A stretch of DNA of 42,760 nt from Kiritimatiellia bacterium (GTDB lineage: Bacteria > Verrucomicrobiota > Kiritimatiellia > UBA8416). Both the position numbers and the translations under genes were made by a program. This document shows positions 18,596-28,840 of this stretch, in pieces (within the stretch, counting starts at the first letter, position 1; each line of letters starts with the position of its first letter). The stretch spans positions 1 through 42,760 of the forward strand of contig SKVN01000072.1 of assembly GCA_007129405.1 (NCBI GenBank), read 5' to 3'. The notes under the pieces were generated by a model, which worked only from the letters and a program-made list of their open reading frames with translations, was not told where the DNA came from and ran no database searches.

Positions 18596-19771
18596 ATGGC
18601 GGGCGATAATCAGCGAATCTTGTTTATTGTTTCACAACCATTTTTTCAATGGCGGGGTTCTCCCATTCGTGTGGGGTTTGATGTGCAGGCACTTGCAGAA
18701 TTAGGGTATACCGTTGATTTGCTTGTGCCACCTTTCGGAGACGATCGTGTGGTGCCCGGTGTTTGTGTTCATCGTGTTCGTCATATTCCCTGGGTACGCA
18801 GTCTGCCAATAGGCCCTTCGTTTCCTAAGCTGTTGTTTGATTGTCTGCTTTATTTGCGTGCCCGCGCACTATTACGTCAACATGATTTCGCTGTTCTCCA
18901 TGGGGTGGAAGATGCAGGCGCGATTTGTGCTTTGTTGGCCAAACGAGCCAAGGCAAAATTTGTTTTTGAAAAGCATTCGGATCCTCGATCCTACCGAAAT
19001 GGTTTTGTTCGGAATGTTCTAATGGGGGTATATGCTTTTGTTGAACGCAGAATGATTCGCAGTGCTGATGCTGTAATTGGTACGGGGCCGGAATTAGCAA
19101 AATATGCAGCGCAGGTGTGTCCTGATAAGCTCGTAGTGGAGATAGCCGATATTCCCTCATCGTTGGAGGGGAGTACGCCTGAAACTGCGGCTTTGGCGCG
19201 CCAACGGTTCGTGCAAAAAACGACGGATATTTTAATTACATATGTTGGTTCGTTCGCGGTGTATCAAGGCATTGATCTCCTATTTGAAAGCATATCGTTT
19301 GTTTGTGCATCATCACCGGATGCCCGTTTTTTAATCATCGGCGGAGACCCCGCGCAGATTGCCAAGCGTAAACAGGCTTTAGAGGCCGCAGGTTGTGCAG
19401 ACCGTGTCTATTTTGCAGGGTTGATTTCACCGGATGCCTTGCCGGCGGTACTTGCTGGCTCGGATATTCTTTTGTCGCCACGCATTGCTGGCGCAAACAC
19501 GCCCCTGAAGATATTGGATTATCTCAAAGCGTGTCGACCGATTGTTGCAACGGAAAATGCGGCTAATCGGCAGATATTAGATGAGGCAACAGCGGTTTTT
19601 GCGTCGCCTGATCCGCAAAGCTATGCCGCTGCGATATTGCGCTTGATTGGCGATGCCGCTTTGCGTCAGAAGTTGTCTGCCGGCGGGCAATCGTTAATCG
19701 ATACGAAATATAATTTTGTAAACTTCAAGCAGGAACTTTTTGCCATCTATCGTCAATGGAGGGAAGAATGA
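18596..19771 (+). CDS. Glycosyltransferase family 4
   Basis: GT-B features YVGSFAVYQGID, DILLSPR, NTPLKILDYL, PIVAT. Confidence 0.88.
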   Translation: MAGDNQRILFIVSQPFFQWRGSPIRVGFDVQALAELGYTVDLLVPPFGDDRVVPGVCVHRVRHIPWVRSLPIGPSFPKLLFDCLLYLRARALLRQHDFAVLHGVEDAGAICALLAKRAKAKFVFEKHSDPRSYRNGFVRNVLMGVYAFVERRMIRSADAVIGTGPELAKYAAQVCPDKLVVEIADIPSSLEGSTPETAALARQRFVQKTTDILITYVGSFAVYQGIDLLFESISFVCASSPDARFLIIGGDPAQIAKRKQALEAAGCADRVYFAGLISPDALPAVLAGSDILLSPRIAGANTPLKILDYLKACRPIVATENAANRQILDEATAVFASPDPQSYAAAILRLIGDAALRQKLSAGGQSLIDTKYNFVNFKQELFAIYRQWREE

Positions 19772-22335
19772 GTTGTGTTGCCAAGAAGATTTTTGTGCCG
19801 GTCTGTGTGGCATTTGTTATCGCGTTTGTTTCTGGTGTGATAACCACTTGGCCACTGGCGCGGCATGCGGGGGAGGGGATTTCTGCTTTACATCGTGCTG
19901 AACATGGGAGTTTACGTATTTCCATTCCTGGCGATCATCTTCAGTTGATGTATTTTTTTCAATTGATGCGCGATTTTGTTGCCGGTGAAACACCATGGTT
20001 TCATAATCTTTATGAATTTAATGAGGGGGATGACGCGGCGCGTTATCGTGTTGATTTTTATTATGTCCCATTTTCGCTGGTATTCAGTGCGGTTGATCTT
20101 TTGACTGGGAATGCTGCGTTAGCGTGGAATGTTGCCGGATTCGTATCCTTGTGGCTTGGTACATTGGGTGTTTTTTTACTGGTACGGCGGTTTACATCTC
20201 ATTGCTGGGTTGTGGTCGCTGCTACGGTGGCCGGAACCGTGCTGCCATACCGCCTAATCACGTTTTTGCATGGAAGCCCGACAGGTTTTGGCATTGCATA
20301 TGTTCCTTTTATGCTGCTTGGTCTTGACTATGCCATTCGTGCGAAAAAAGTGGCGGGCGGTTTGCTTGCCGGACTCGTATTTTTTCTGGCAGAATGGGCC
20401 GATCTGCATGTGTATTTCTTTCTGGCCTTGGTTACGCCTTTCTGGTGTGTGTTTGTCTATTTATACGAAGGCTTTTCATTTGATCGTAAACGTATTCGTA
20501 AGATATTTGTTGCGTTACTTCCGCTCTTGTTTTTTGTTTTCGCAGCGGGTGTCCGGGTTCTTCTTATCCGTGAGGTACTCAAGGGGTCCGTGATGGCGGA
20601 CGGACGAACGGTAACAGAGGTTGCTCAATTTTCTCCTTCTCCCGATTCCTATTGGTCGCTCAATCCGGATCATCCGAGCAGCTATGTCTACTTGACCTTT
20701 TTGATTCCGCTGATGATTGTTACTGGATTTGCGCATGCAATTCTAGGGGTGCGAAGGGATTTTTCACGTGAGAGATTGCTGCATTTTCTGTTATTATGCG
20801 GTTTGCTGGTTGGTATCGGCTGTATTTTGTTGCTTGGGCTAGGACCGCGGATGCCGCTTCCGCGGTCGGATCGCTTGTGGGAACTCTTTGTTCGTGTCGT
20901 GCGTCCGTATCGAATGATTCGTCAACCTGCGAAAGTACAGGTTTTGCTCCCGTCTTTGTTGGCAGTTTGCATAGCCTTGCCATTTTCCTCTGTCTATTTG
21001 AAGAAAGCAACTGTGCGAAGTAACTGGATTTTCGGGGTTCTGGCATTGCTTTTGCTCGGGGAGGTTGCATGGCGAATTGACCCTGCTATTTCCGTTTTGG
21101 ATCAAGAGCAAAAGGCCTATGCTGCCGTGGTTGCCGATGCGAAAGCAAACGGTGAGGTTCCGCGCGCCGTCGCCGTTGTCCTCTGGCCGGGTGATTCTCA
21201 CTGGTCTTCTCTAAACCAGTATTATGCTATGAAGTACCGAATACGCATGCTCAACGGCTATAGTCCAATTGTGTCGGCCACGTATTTTGATGATGTCTTT
21301 TTGCGGTTTTTCAGTTTGAATCGTGGATACGCCAGTGATGCGCAGTTGGATGAGCTGCTTGCCATGGGCATTCGCCATATTCTGATTCATGAAGATGCCT
21401 TTCCCGAAAGAGTGAGCCCTTTTGGCGTGGCGCAGACATTGAAGGGATTCTTGGAGAATCCGCGTGTGCAATTTTTGCATCAGGATCGGGCTGTTTGGGC
21501 TTTTGCCATTCTTGATCGTGCCGATGAGGCGCCTCATACTTCGATAGCGTGGAATACCGCTTCGGTGACGTTCAGCTGGCCTGCAACGTGGCTGGTGGCA
21601 GAAAACGTTTCGATTCTAGGGGATAGCCATGATGGATACGACGGTCCGTTCTTGCGTTTATCAAAGCCAGAAGCATACATTGAAATTCCAGACTGGGGTA
21701 TTCATTATGTCGAAAGTTTACGATTATCGGCACGTGTACGCGGACAAGGTTTGCTTGCATTGCAGATGCATATAGATGGAGAATTTTACGAGCAGGAATA
21801 TGCGGTTGATGCGGATACGTGGCAATGGGTGGATCTTCCGTATCCTGCATTTGAGAGTTTTCAAACCAATCTACAGGGGCGATTACGTGTCCTGCAAGGG
21901 GGGCTGGATGTTGATCATCTCTATGTGGCACAGGGAGAGGTGCCCGCAGATATGTCTGTCGGGGATGTTTTTCGGATCCCTTCACCAACATTGTTCCGTG
22001 CGGGGTACACAGATTTATCGGAAAATGCGGTCATTTTCCGCCCGGAATTGGTTCCATCTGCATACGTTTTGTATGGACCGCGCCTTCCGTTGCCAGTGGG
22101 TGACTATGTTTTTCGGCTTATCTACGAGTCCGAAGTAGAGGGAAGCATAGGAGAAATCGGTTTTCGTGATCCGGGTCGACATGATAACCCGGAAACGGTT
22201 GTTGTTATGGGGGCAGATGGTGTTGTGGAAATGCGATATAAACAAGTTGCCAATCTTCCCGTGACCATAGAGTTTTTCTACAATCGATCTGGTACTGTAT
22301 TGATTCGGGATCTTGAAATTGAACGCCTGGAATAG
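19768..22335 (+). CDS. Large polytopic membrane protein, GT-C/YfhO-like, with C-terminal beta-rich extracytoplasmic domains
   Basis: ATGA overlap with the GT4 gene. GDHLQ acidic motif after TM1, about 11 TM segments, MIRQPAK, MLNGYSP, then a soluble tail with LYGPRLPLPVGDY. Confidence 0.65.
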   Translation: MSCVAKKIFVPVCVAFVIAFVSGVITTWPLARHAGEGISALHRAEHGSLRISIPGDHLQLMYFFQLMRDFVAGETPWFHNLYEFNEGDDAARYRVDFYYVPFSLVFSAVDLLTGNAALAWNVAGFVSLWLGTLGVFLLVRRFTSHCWVVVAATVAGTVLPYRLITFLHGSPTGFGIAYVPFMLLGLDYAIRAKKVAGGLLAGLVFFLAEWADLHVYFFLALVTPFWCVFVYLYEGFSFDRKRIRKIFVALLPLLFFVFAAGVRVLLIREVLKGSVMADGRTVTEVAQFSPSPDSYWSLNPDHPSSYVYLTFLIPLMIVTGFAHAILGVRRDFSRERLLHFLLLCGLLVGIGCILLLGLGPRMPLPRSDRLWELFVRVVRPYRMIRQPAKVQVLLPSLLAVCIALPFSSVYLKKATVRSNWIFGVLALLLLGEVAWRIDPAISVLDQEQKAYAAVVADAKANGEVPRAVAVVLWPGDSHWSSLNQYYAMKYRIRMLNGYSPIVSATYFDDVFLRFFSLNRGYASDAQLDELLAMGIRHILIHEDAFPERVSPFGVAQTLKGFLENPRVQFLHQDRAVWAFAILDRADEAPHTSIAWNTASVTFSWPATWLVAENVSILGDSHDGYDGPFLRLSKPEAYIEIPDWGIHYVESLRLSARVRGQGLLALQMHIDGEFYEQEYAVDADTWQWVDLPYPAFESFQTNLQGRLRVLQGGLDVDHLYVAQGEVPADMSVGDVFRIPSPTLFRAGYTDLSENAVIFRPELVPSAYVLYGPRLPLPVGDYVFRLIYESEVEGSIGEIGFRDPGRHDNPETVVVMGADGVVEMRYKQVANLPVTIEFFYNRSGTVLIRDLEIERLE

Positions 22336-22355
22336 CAGCTAGCATACCCCGAATA

Positions 22356-22910
22356 TTAATTGGTTGGTCGCCACTGACCGATAAAACCTCGCTGTGGGCT
22401 GTCTGTCATAATGGCCCGTTCGACCGTGTAGTTGCCTGCGATGCTTAAAATTTCATTGCCATTCAAGAAAATGCGCAATGCGCCTTCGCTAGACTGCACG
22501 CGCCATCGCGCGACACCTGAAATCGGCACGCTGAATCGTCCATCCCAAAAACCGCCACCAGGTCCTTCTAGTAAGATTCGTGATGGATCCCTGGCTCCTC
22601 CGCCTGTATCCATCGTCATAATCAATAAGCGGGAAAAGCCTTGCCCTTCAACACGAGCAATAATCCATTCAGCATCTCCTGGTGTATTCAGTCCTGGAGG
22701 AACTTCAACATTTTGGGTCTCCCATTTTACCACACCGTTAGAAGCTTCGATTATGCCTACATCGCGCCCATCACGCCATTCGCTACCGGTCGCAGAACCA
22801 TTGGCCGTGGTTTCATCGGTTTGCGGCGCAGTGTCAGGATCGGCGAGTTCACAACCGCTGGACATCGCGAGACCGCATAGTAGTAGTACAAAAAATATTG
22901 GAAATTTCAT
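22356..22910 (-). CDS. Hypothetical lipoprotein
   Basis: MKFPIFFVLLLCGLAMSSG-C lipobox, Thr/Asp-rich linker, beta-rich body. GGAG SD. Confidence 0.7.
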   Translation of the reverse strand: MKFPIFFVLLLCGLAMSSGCELADPDTAPQTDETTANGSATGSEWRDGRDVGIIEASNGVVKWETQNVEVPPGLNTPGDAEWIIARVEGQGFSRLLIMTMDTGGGARDPSRILLEGPGGGFWDGRFSVPISGVARWRVQSSEGALRIFLNGNEILSIAGNYTVERAIMTDSPQRGFIGQWRPTN

Positions 22911-23198
22911 GATCATTCTCTCCGTTGTTCAAAAAATCTTGATTTCAAGGCGAATTCTTTAAACCTACCAGTTCTTATGATGAAGTGCAACTATGGAGTT
23001 TCATGTATACGCGCACGAATGCTGTGTGCTACGGTCTTTTCTTTTCCGTTCCACACCGGTGGACTAGGCTTTTTATGGATTTTGTTTTTAGTGGTATTTG
23101 TTTGTTTCCTGCATCAAGTAACGTATCATTATTGCGCTGCATGCTGATGTAGTTGACATACATGAACGCATTTTGATGAGGTGCGATTGAGGGGTTGC

Positions 23199-24083
23199 AT
23201 GGCCGATGACAATACATATGCGAATTTGACTGCTATGGACAGGGTGCCGTTGGAGACGGCGTCGCGTTATTACTATTTCAAGCCTATGGCTGTTTTTTTT
23301 AATGCGTTGCATTTGCGTGCATTCCAAACTGCTGGCCTCTGCTGGAAGACACCCGTTTTAGACATCGGTTGCAGTGACGGTTCGTATGGCTTGCTTATGG
23401 CGGAGGTGCTAGGTGCACCAGATCATATCCTCGGTATTGATGTTGATGAAAAGGCGATCTCTTGTGCGCGCACGGAAGCGAAAATGCTATACGATGACAT
23501 GCTCGTCGCGAGTGCTGCGCAGTTGCCTTTTGATGATAACGCCTTTGAAATGATCATCGTTAATGCGAGTCTGGTTTCCATTCAACCTGGTTTGGAAGCA
23601 TCCATGCGCGAGGCATATCGCGTATTGAAAGCCGGCGGACGTTTTTACGCGACGGTTTGCACGGATGCCTATGAAAAACAGTATTGGATTGCGCGTCTGT
23701 TGCGTGGACTGGGGCTGGGGGCTCTTGCGCGCCATTACATGCACGCGATGAACCGGAGAATGCAGCAAGCGCATCTGCTCTCATGGGAAAACTGGATACA
23801 ATTATTTGAGGACAACGGTTTCAGGGTAGTCCAGCACTTTGGTTTTTTGCCTTTGCGTCTGGTTCCGCTATGGAGTTTTCTGGCGTGGACACCGTTGCGT
23901 ATTATTGGCATATCTAAACGTATTCCCTGGCCTTGGCTTCATAAAAAAATGGCTGTGTTGTGGACACATGTGTTTGCAGGTATTTACACAAGGACTGAAA
24001 GCAAGTTGGATTCCCAAAAGAGCGGGTATATCCTCATCGAGGCCATCAAAGTTTCACCGGAGCACTCTGTTCCGATTTCTTGA
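23199..24083 (+). CDS. Class I SAM-dependent methyltransferase
   Basis: VLDIGCSDG, GIDVD, ASAAQLPFDDNAF, YRVLKAGGRF. GAGGGG SD. Confidence 0.9.
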   Translation: MADDNTYANLTAMDRVPLETASRYYYFKPMAVFFNALHLRAFQTAGLCWKTPVLDIGCSDGSYGLLMAEVLGAPDHILGIDVDEKAISCARTEAKMLYDDMLVASAAQLPFDDNAFEMIIVNASLVSIQPGLEASMREAYRVLKAGGRFYATVCTDAYEKQYWIARLLRGLGLGALARHYMHAMNRRMQQAHLLSWENWIQLFEDNGFRVVQHFGFLPLRLVPLWSFLAWTPLRIIGISKRIPWPWLHKKMAVLWTHVFAGIYTRTESKLDSQKSGYILIEAIKVSPEHSVPIS

Positions 24084-24125
24084 GCAAACGCTTTTTCCCA
24101 TAATGGATTTGCAGATATCCATACG

Positions 24126-25535
24126 TCACCTTGCGTGATATGCATACAAGTGCTTCATTTGATAGACTAGTGCGCCGGATACGACGATAAGAAGTGCTGC
24201 AGTTATAGGGAGTGGCAAACCCGCCAGGTGGTGGATGGTAGGTATTGCTGCGACTGCAAGGCAGGGCAGAATGAGAGGAATGATTCGGCGGGCGGTATGG
24301 CGAATGGGACTGCACAATAGTTGTGTCATTCCTAATGCGCACAAAACGGCCTCGCTGGCAACAGTAGCGATGGCTGCACCCAAGGCTCCTAAACGAGGTA
24401 TGAGTATTAGGTTGATCAGAATATTCGTACCTGACGTTATTAGCAGGAGTGGTGTTAACGTTATTTCACGCTCCGTGGTCAGCAGGTATGTCTCTGTCAC
24501 CGTGTTAAACATGTTGAGAGCAAGCCCGGGAAGCAGCACGGCGAGCAGGCTGACGGAAACAAGAAAGGCGTTGCCAAATAGCAGGGGCATGGCAATCGGT
24601 TGAATAAATCCGGCAATGATCAGGCATGGTAGAATCAAGACAAAGAGCGTGCGTAGAGCTTTGACGATCTGTTTGGGTAATTGGTTCGGATCCGTTGCAT
24701 GGTACTTGGCAAATCTGGTGAAGGCAACGAAGAAGACAACCCTGGGTAGAGCCGCAAAAATTTCCATGACGCGATATGCAGCTCCGTAGAAGCCGACTTC
24801 CGCATCAATTGCGAGTGCTTTAAGCATGATGATATCGATCTGATAGTAGACGATCCACAGGAGCCCATGCAGTGCGAATGGTAACGCTTTTTTGTAGGTA
24901 TTCCGCCAGCTTTCCGGCTGTTGATTATGGGCGAGCGGGAAATGTCGTGCTAGGTAAAGGCCGGTGCCGGCATTGTCGATCAATCTGGATAGAACAAGCG
25001 CTACTGTGGTCAGGATGAGGCTGCCCGTTATAAACAAGATGATGCTGGTTAGCACCACGGTAAAAAGACGTTCGATAAAAACACTGACAGATTCTTTATG
25101 AAACCAGTTCTTTCCTTTCATAATGCCGCGCCAGCTCATTTTGATGCTTCGGCAGAGCTCGGCTGCAATCATAAGATAGCATAGAATCATACCCTCACGG
25201 GAGAATCCTATCCAGTGTGTGATGAGAGGCAGAAGCGCAAAGATCGGAATGGTGTTTAATATTTGGATGAGCAAAAAGCGCAAAGTCGGTCTCGTTCCGT
25301 CTTGCGGGTTTGCTGCCACTGTGCGTGTCAGCAACATCGGCAACCCGAATTGTATAAAAACGCCTAAGATACCGCCTAAGGCGACAGCAGCCGAAAAAAC
25401 GCCATACTGTTCCGGTCCTACCACGCGGGCAATGAAAACATAGAGTATGAACATGAGGCCCAGCGTGGATTCACCCAATAGCGCGTATATATAGGAAAAA
25501 TCTTGTTTTCCGAGCCATGTAATCCATTTTTTCAT
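24126..25535 (-). CDS. Oligosaccharide flippase (Wzx/MOP family)
   Basis: ARVVGPEQYGVFS, QFGLP, YYQIDIIML, EVGFYGAAYR, NLILIPRLGALGAAIATVASE. Confidence 0.9.
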   Translation of the reverse strand: MKKWITWLGKQDFSYIYALLGESTLGLMFILYVFIARVVGPEQYGVFSAAVALGGILGVFIQFGLPMLLTRTVAANPQDGTRPTLRFLLIQILNTIPIFALLPLITHWIGFSREGMILCYLMIAAELCRSIKMSWRGIMKGKNWFHKESVSVFIERLFTVVLTSIILFITGSLILTTVALVLSRLIDNAGTGLYLARHFPLAHNQQPESWRNTYKKALPFALHGLLWIVYYQIDIIMLKALAIDAEVGFYGAAYRVMEIFAALPRVVFFVAFTRFAKYHATDPNQLPKQIVKALRTLFVLILPCLIIAGFIQPIAMPLLFGNAFLVSVSLLAVLLPGLALNMFNTVTETYLLTTEREITLTPLLLITSGTNILINLILIPRLGALGAAIATVASEAVLCALGMTQLLCSPIRHTARRIIPLILPCLAVAAIPTIHHLAGLPLPITAALLIVVSGALVYQMKHLYAYHAR

Positions 25536-25782
25536 GCTGAAATTACGTAGATGTTGTGCGTTGGGAATGGGCGACCAAGGCGTCGTTTGCGAAAGGTATG
25601 TTGCGAGCAACGAGCGGGTCTGATGCAAGCGCCTGACAGTTGCACCTGTTTTCATCAGAAGTAAGCAGCCGATGCGGGGCAATCTGGCTACGCACTCTAT
25701 ATGCAAACGATTGCAAAGCATGTTGGATCATACCTGGTATCGTTTTATGATTCCGCTGATCGGTGAGGTGCAGCATAGATAC

Positions 25783-26754
25783 CTATGATTCGGATGATGG
25801 GTGTAAAAAAAGATGTGGTTCCGGTGGTATGATTCGCGGGCTAATGGTTTCCTGGAATCTTGGGAATTGTATAAACAGGAGGATAGAGCACAGGGCAAAG
25901 GTTGTGAAGACGGTAATCATCAGGCCTTTTTGTCGCCAGAGATGTTCTGGGAATTGCACGGGACTATTGGGTTTGAAGCCAATGCGAAAATAGTATGCCA
26001 TCGTGAATGCCACAGCCGGCGCGGCTAGAATGAGTTCCACCTTGTACCGTGCAATAAAATAGCCAGATAGTAATGCAAAGAAAGCAACATAAAACAGTAC
26101 GGAGACCAGAAGTCGCTCCTCATTGTAAAAGCCGAAGGATTTACGGTAATCTGCAGCCGTTTGTTCGTTGGCAATTGTACGGTATTCGGCAAAACGTTTG
26201 AGGGCCATGAGGAACCCCCCGAACATCCAGTAGGCGAGCAGTGCCGAGGCAGGAGGGGCCGCGCCGAAGCCTGTGCTGTACCAACCGAGCAACAATCGCA
26301 ATGGATTGTTGATTGATTCACTCAAGACATCCAAATAGGGTTTGTCTTTAGTGCGCACAGGAGGAACGTTATAAGCGCATCCTGCCACCCATAACCCCAG
26401 CAGCGCGGTAAAAAAAGGCATGCTTATCATGATTCCGAGAAGCAGGCCGGAAGCGGATAGTATGCCCCACCAAAGCCATCCCAGAGAAATCTTGACCTGC
26501 CCGCTTGGGACGGGTCGATGCTGCTTGACGGGATGGTGGCAATCTTTCGGAGCATCCAAAATCTCGTTCATGACATAATTGGAGGATGCAATCAGACACG
26601 TTGCCATAAACCCCGTCAAAATGGGTACCCACGTAAAGCTATCCCGCATCTCGGGATGAAAAAAGAAATAGAGTAATATGCCTGGAACCATGAAGATATT
26701 TTTAAACCAATGGTCAGGTCGCGCAATCTGGATATACGGGTACCATTTTTTCAT
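25783..26754 (-). CDS. UbiA-family protein, decaprenyl-phosphate phosphoribosyltransferase-like
   Basis: ARPDHWFKN, NYVMNEILDAPKDCHHPVKQHRPVPSG, KDKPYLDV, KRFAE. 4-nt overlap with the deacetylase gene. Confidence 0.85.
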   Translation of the reverse strand: MKKWYPYIQIARPDHWFKNIFMVPGILLYFFFHPEMRDSFTWVPILTGFMATCLIASSNYVMNEILDAPKDCHHPVKQHRPVPSGQVKISLGWLWWGILSASGLLLGIMISMPFFTALLGLWVAGCAYNVPPVRTKDKPYLDVLSESINNPLRLLLGWYSTGFGAAPPASALLAYWMFGGFLMALKRFAEYRTIANEQTAADYRKSFGFYNEERLLVSVLFYVAFFALLSGYFIARYKVELILAAPAVAFTMAYYFRIGFKPNSPVQFPEHLWRQKGLMITVFTTFALCSILLFIQFPRFQETISPRIIPPEPHLFLHPSSES

Positions 26755-27635
26755 TTTACCTTTCCGGATAAGAGTTTCGCGTAACTGTTCTTGTAGCGAG
26801 TTCTGAGGATTTTGTACAGTGATTCCCTGCCAACACCTGGGAGGCGACGAACAAATTCACCACTGATGCGGACGATTTTGTGTGGGTCATGACCCGGTGT
26901 AATAATGGGGAGGTGCGGCAAGGTTCCTGTCCAGAATGCTGTGTATCCAGCTTGCACGGCAATATCAATCGTATGGTTTTTACTGTAGTAGCAGGGCCAG
27001 GCAAGATGTTGTATGGGTTTATGGAAGTGTTCTTCGAGTGTTTTACGAGCCAGTAGGAGATCATCGTACATGTTGCGTGGCACGGCACGTCGTCCTTCCA
27101 GGTGCTCGTGAGAAACACCGGTCAAGGGTAGCGGAGTAGGCCAGGTTTGTAGCGATCGATGCTCCCATGTATGGGATTGCAAGTCGACAAGGCCGGATTG
27201 ATGCATTTCCGTCAGTTCTTCCCATGTGCAAGGCCGATTTGCATGCCAGGGTTCTTCGCTTGCAACGCGGTGAAGTCCGGGGGCAACAAATAGCACGGCG
27301 GTTTGCTGATATTGCTGCAACAAGGGATACGCCACCCGGTAAAAGTTATCTGCGCCGTCGTCAAATGTGAGCACAATGCTGTTTTTCGCAAGTGCTTTCT
27401 TTCCGTTTATCCAATCCAGCAAATCGTCTGCCGTCGTTGTGTGGTAGCCATTCTGTTCCAGAAAAAGCAAGTCAGCTTCAAACGATTGTTTTTCAACGAG
27501 ATGGTAACAAAAGACGGGAATGGCCTCCTGTAAGGGGAAAGGTCTACGAGCCGTGACAAAATACGGTAGGCCGCCCGTAGCGAGAGCATGTAATTCAGGG
27601 CCGTTTTTTTTGATTCTGTCGGAAAGTAAGCTCAT
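26751..27635 (-). CDS. Polysaccharide deacetylase (CE4/NodB, IcaB/PgaB-like)
   Basis: PVFCYH, LTFDDG, TWEELTEM, QSHTWEH, LAWP. Confidence 0.88.
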   Translation of the reverse strand: MSLLSDRIKKNGPELHALATGGLPYFVTARRPFPLQEAIPVFCYHLVEKQSFEADLLFLEQNGYHTTTADDLLDWINGKKALAKNSIVLTFDDGADNFYRVAYPLLQQYQQTAVLFVAPGLHRVASEEPWHANRPCTWEELTEMHQSGLVDLQSHTWEHRSLQTWPTPLPLTGVSHEHLEGRRAVPRNMYDDLLLARKTLEEHFHKPIQHLAWPCYYSKNHTIDIAVQAGYTAFWTGTLPHLPIITPGHDPHKIVRISGEFVRRLPGVGRESLYKILRTRYKNSYAKLLSGKVK

Positions 27636-28807
27636 GTTTCTTGCTTATGTTTTGCATCCGTGTTTGCTGATCTTGTGTCACAAAAGGCGCGAAAAATATT
27701 GCGGTACAAGTCTAGCAGCTTCTCAATATGTTGATCGATCGCAAATGAAGCCGATCTTCTGCGGGCCTCGCATGCAAATTGCTGGTTCTTTTCCTTGTCA
27801 AATATGAGCTCTCTGGTGGCCTCGCATAGAGCTGTCAAATCTCCCTTGGGAACGAGAATACCACATGTATTATGTGTATTATGCACGACGACCTCCTTCA
27901 GACCGCCGGTTGCATAAGCAACGACCGGTACTCCGGCAGCAAGGCTTTCCATGGCACTGAGCCCGAGTCCCTCACTGTATGATGGCATAAGCATTACCGC
28001 AGCCAATGTCAATAAATCGGGAATATCGCTGCGTTGCCCTGCAAAGACGACCGGCAGACCTTGTGCTTGTTCACGCAGATGTTTTTCTTCGGGCCCTTCC
28101 CCGACTATCAGCAGCCAAATCTTTGGGTTGCGAATGTGTCGTAGGACATTGATGCTGTCAGAAAATCCTTTGACCGCATGCAGTCTGCCAACAGAAATGA
28201 TTACCGTCGCATCTTCGGGTATGCCGAGTTGCTTTCTCAATTTGAGGCGTTTCGCTGGTGAGGTGGGTACACAAAACGGGGAAAGGTGCACACCATTGCG
28301 AAGAACGCTTATCGTTGCAGGTGGAGTTTTGAAATAGGCTGCTGCGAATTGGGCAACCGCGTTTGATATGGCAAGGGTCAGCTCCGACCAATGCCGCGTC
28401 AGTCGCATCATTTGACGGATGGGAACGGGCGGTGGAAGCATATCATGTAGATGTGCGATACAGGGAATCCCGGTTATACGGGCAGCGATGCGACCCGATA
28501 ATATTCCTTTCATTCCGGCACAGTGCAAAATCGCGATTTGGTCATTCCTGATGCGTTGTACGATGTCCAGAACCGCACGCGGGTCATATTTGGCGCGCTG
28601 TAAAAAAGTAACTTCGACCCCTTGTTCCTCAAGCAGTTGTGCCATCTTGTGATACCTGCGCAAAAAGACAACATGCAACTCGACCGCAGCCGATTTCTCA
28701 AGTTGTGGCAGAACATCGAGAAAATAGCGGGTTGCACCATGTATGCGGCCGCCCTCGTGACCGAGATGATCGCTTACAAAGAGAATGTGTATTGGTGATG
28801 TATCCAT
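27632..28807 (-). CDS. Glycosyltransferase family 4
   Basis: VGRLHAVKG, GQRSDIPDLL, PSYSEGLGLSAMESLAAGVPVV. Confidence 0.92.
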   Translation of the reverse strand: MDTSPIHILFVSDHLGHEGGRIHGATRYFLDVLPQLEKSAAVELHVVFLRRYHKMAQLLEEQGVEVTFLQRAKYDPRAVLDIVQRIRNDQIAILHCAGMKGILSGRIAARITGIPCIAHLHDMLPPPVPIRQMMRLTRHWSELTLAISNAVAQFAAAYFKTPPATISVLRNGVHLSPFCVPTSPAKRLKLRKQLGIPEDATVIISVGRLHAVKGFSDSINVLRHIRNPKIWLLIVGEGPEEKHLREQAQGLPVVFAGQRSDIPDLLTLAAVMLMPSYSEGLGLSAMESLAAGVPVVAYATGGLKEVVVHNTHNTCGILVPKGDLTALCEATRELIFDKEKNQQFACEARRRSASFAIDQHIEKLLDLYRNIFRAFCDTRSANTDAKHKQET

Positions 28808-28840
28808 GAATATCTGATTGGCAATCGGAAGCAACAGTAC

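Noticed and set aside
16475-24083. The two methyltransferases as DNA methyltransferases
   Set aside because: No DPPY/NPPY or PC motifs; they are small-molecule class I type in a glycan context.
25536-25721. 62-aa N-terminal extension of the flippase
   Set aside because: Non-Wzx-like sequence; ATG 25535 gives a typical flippase length.
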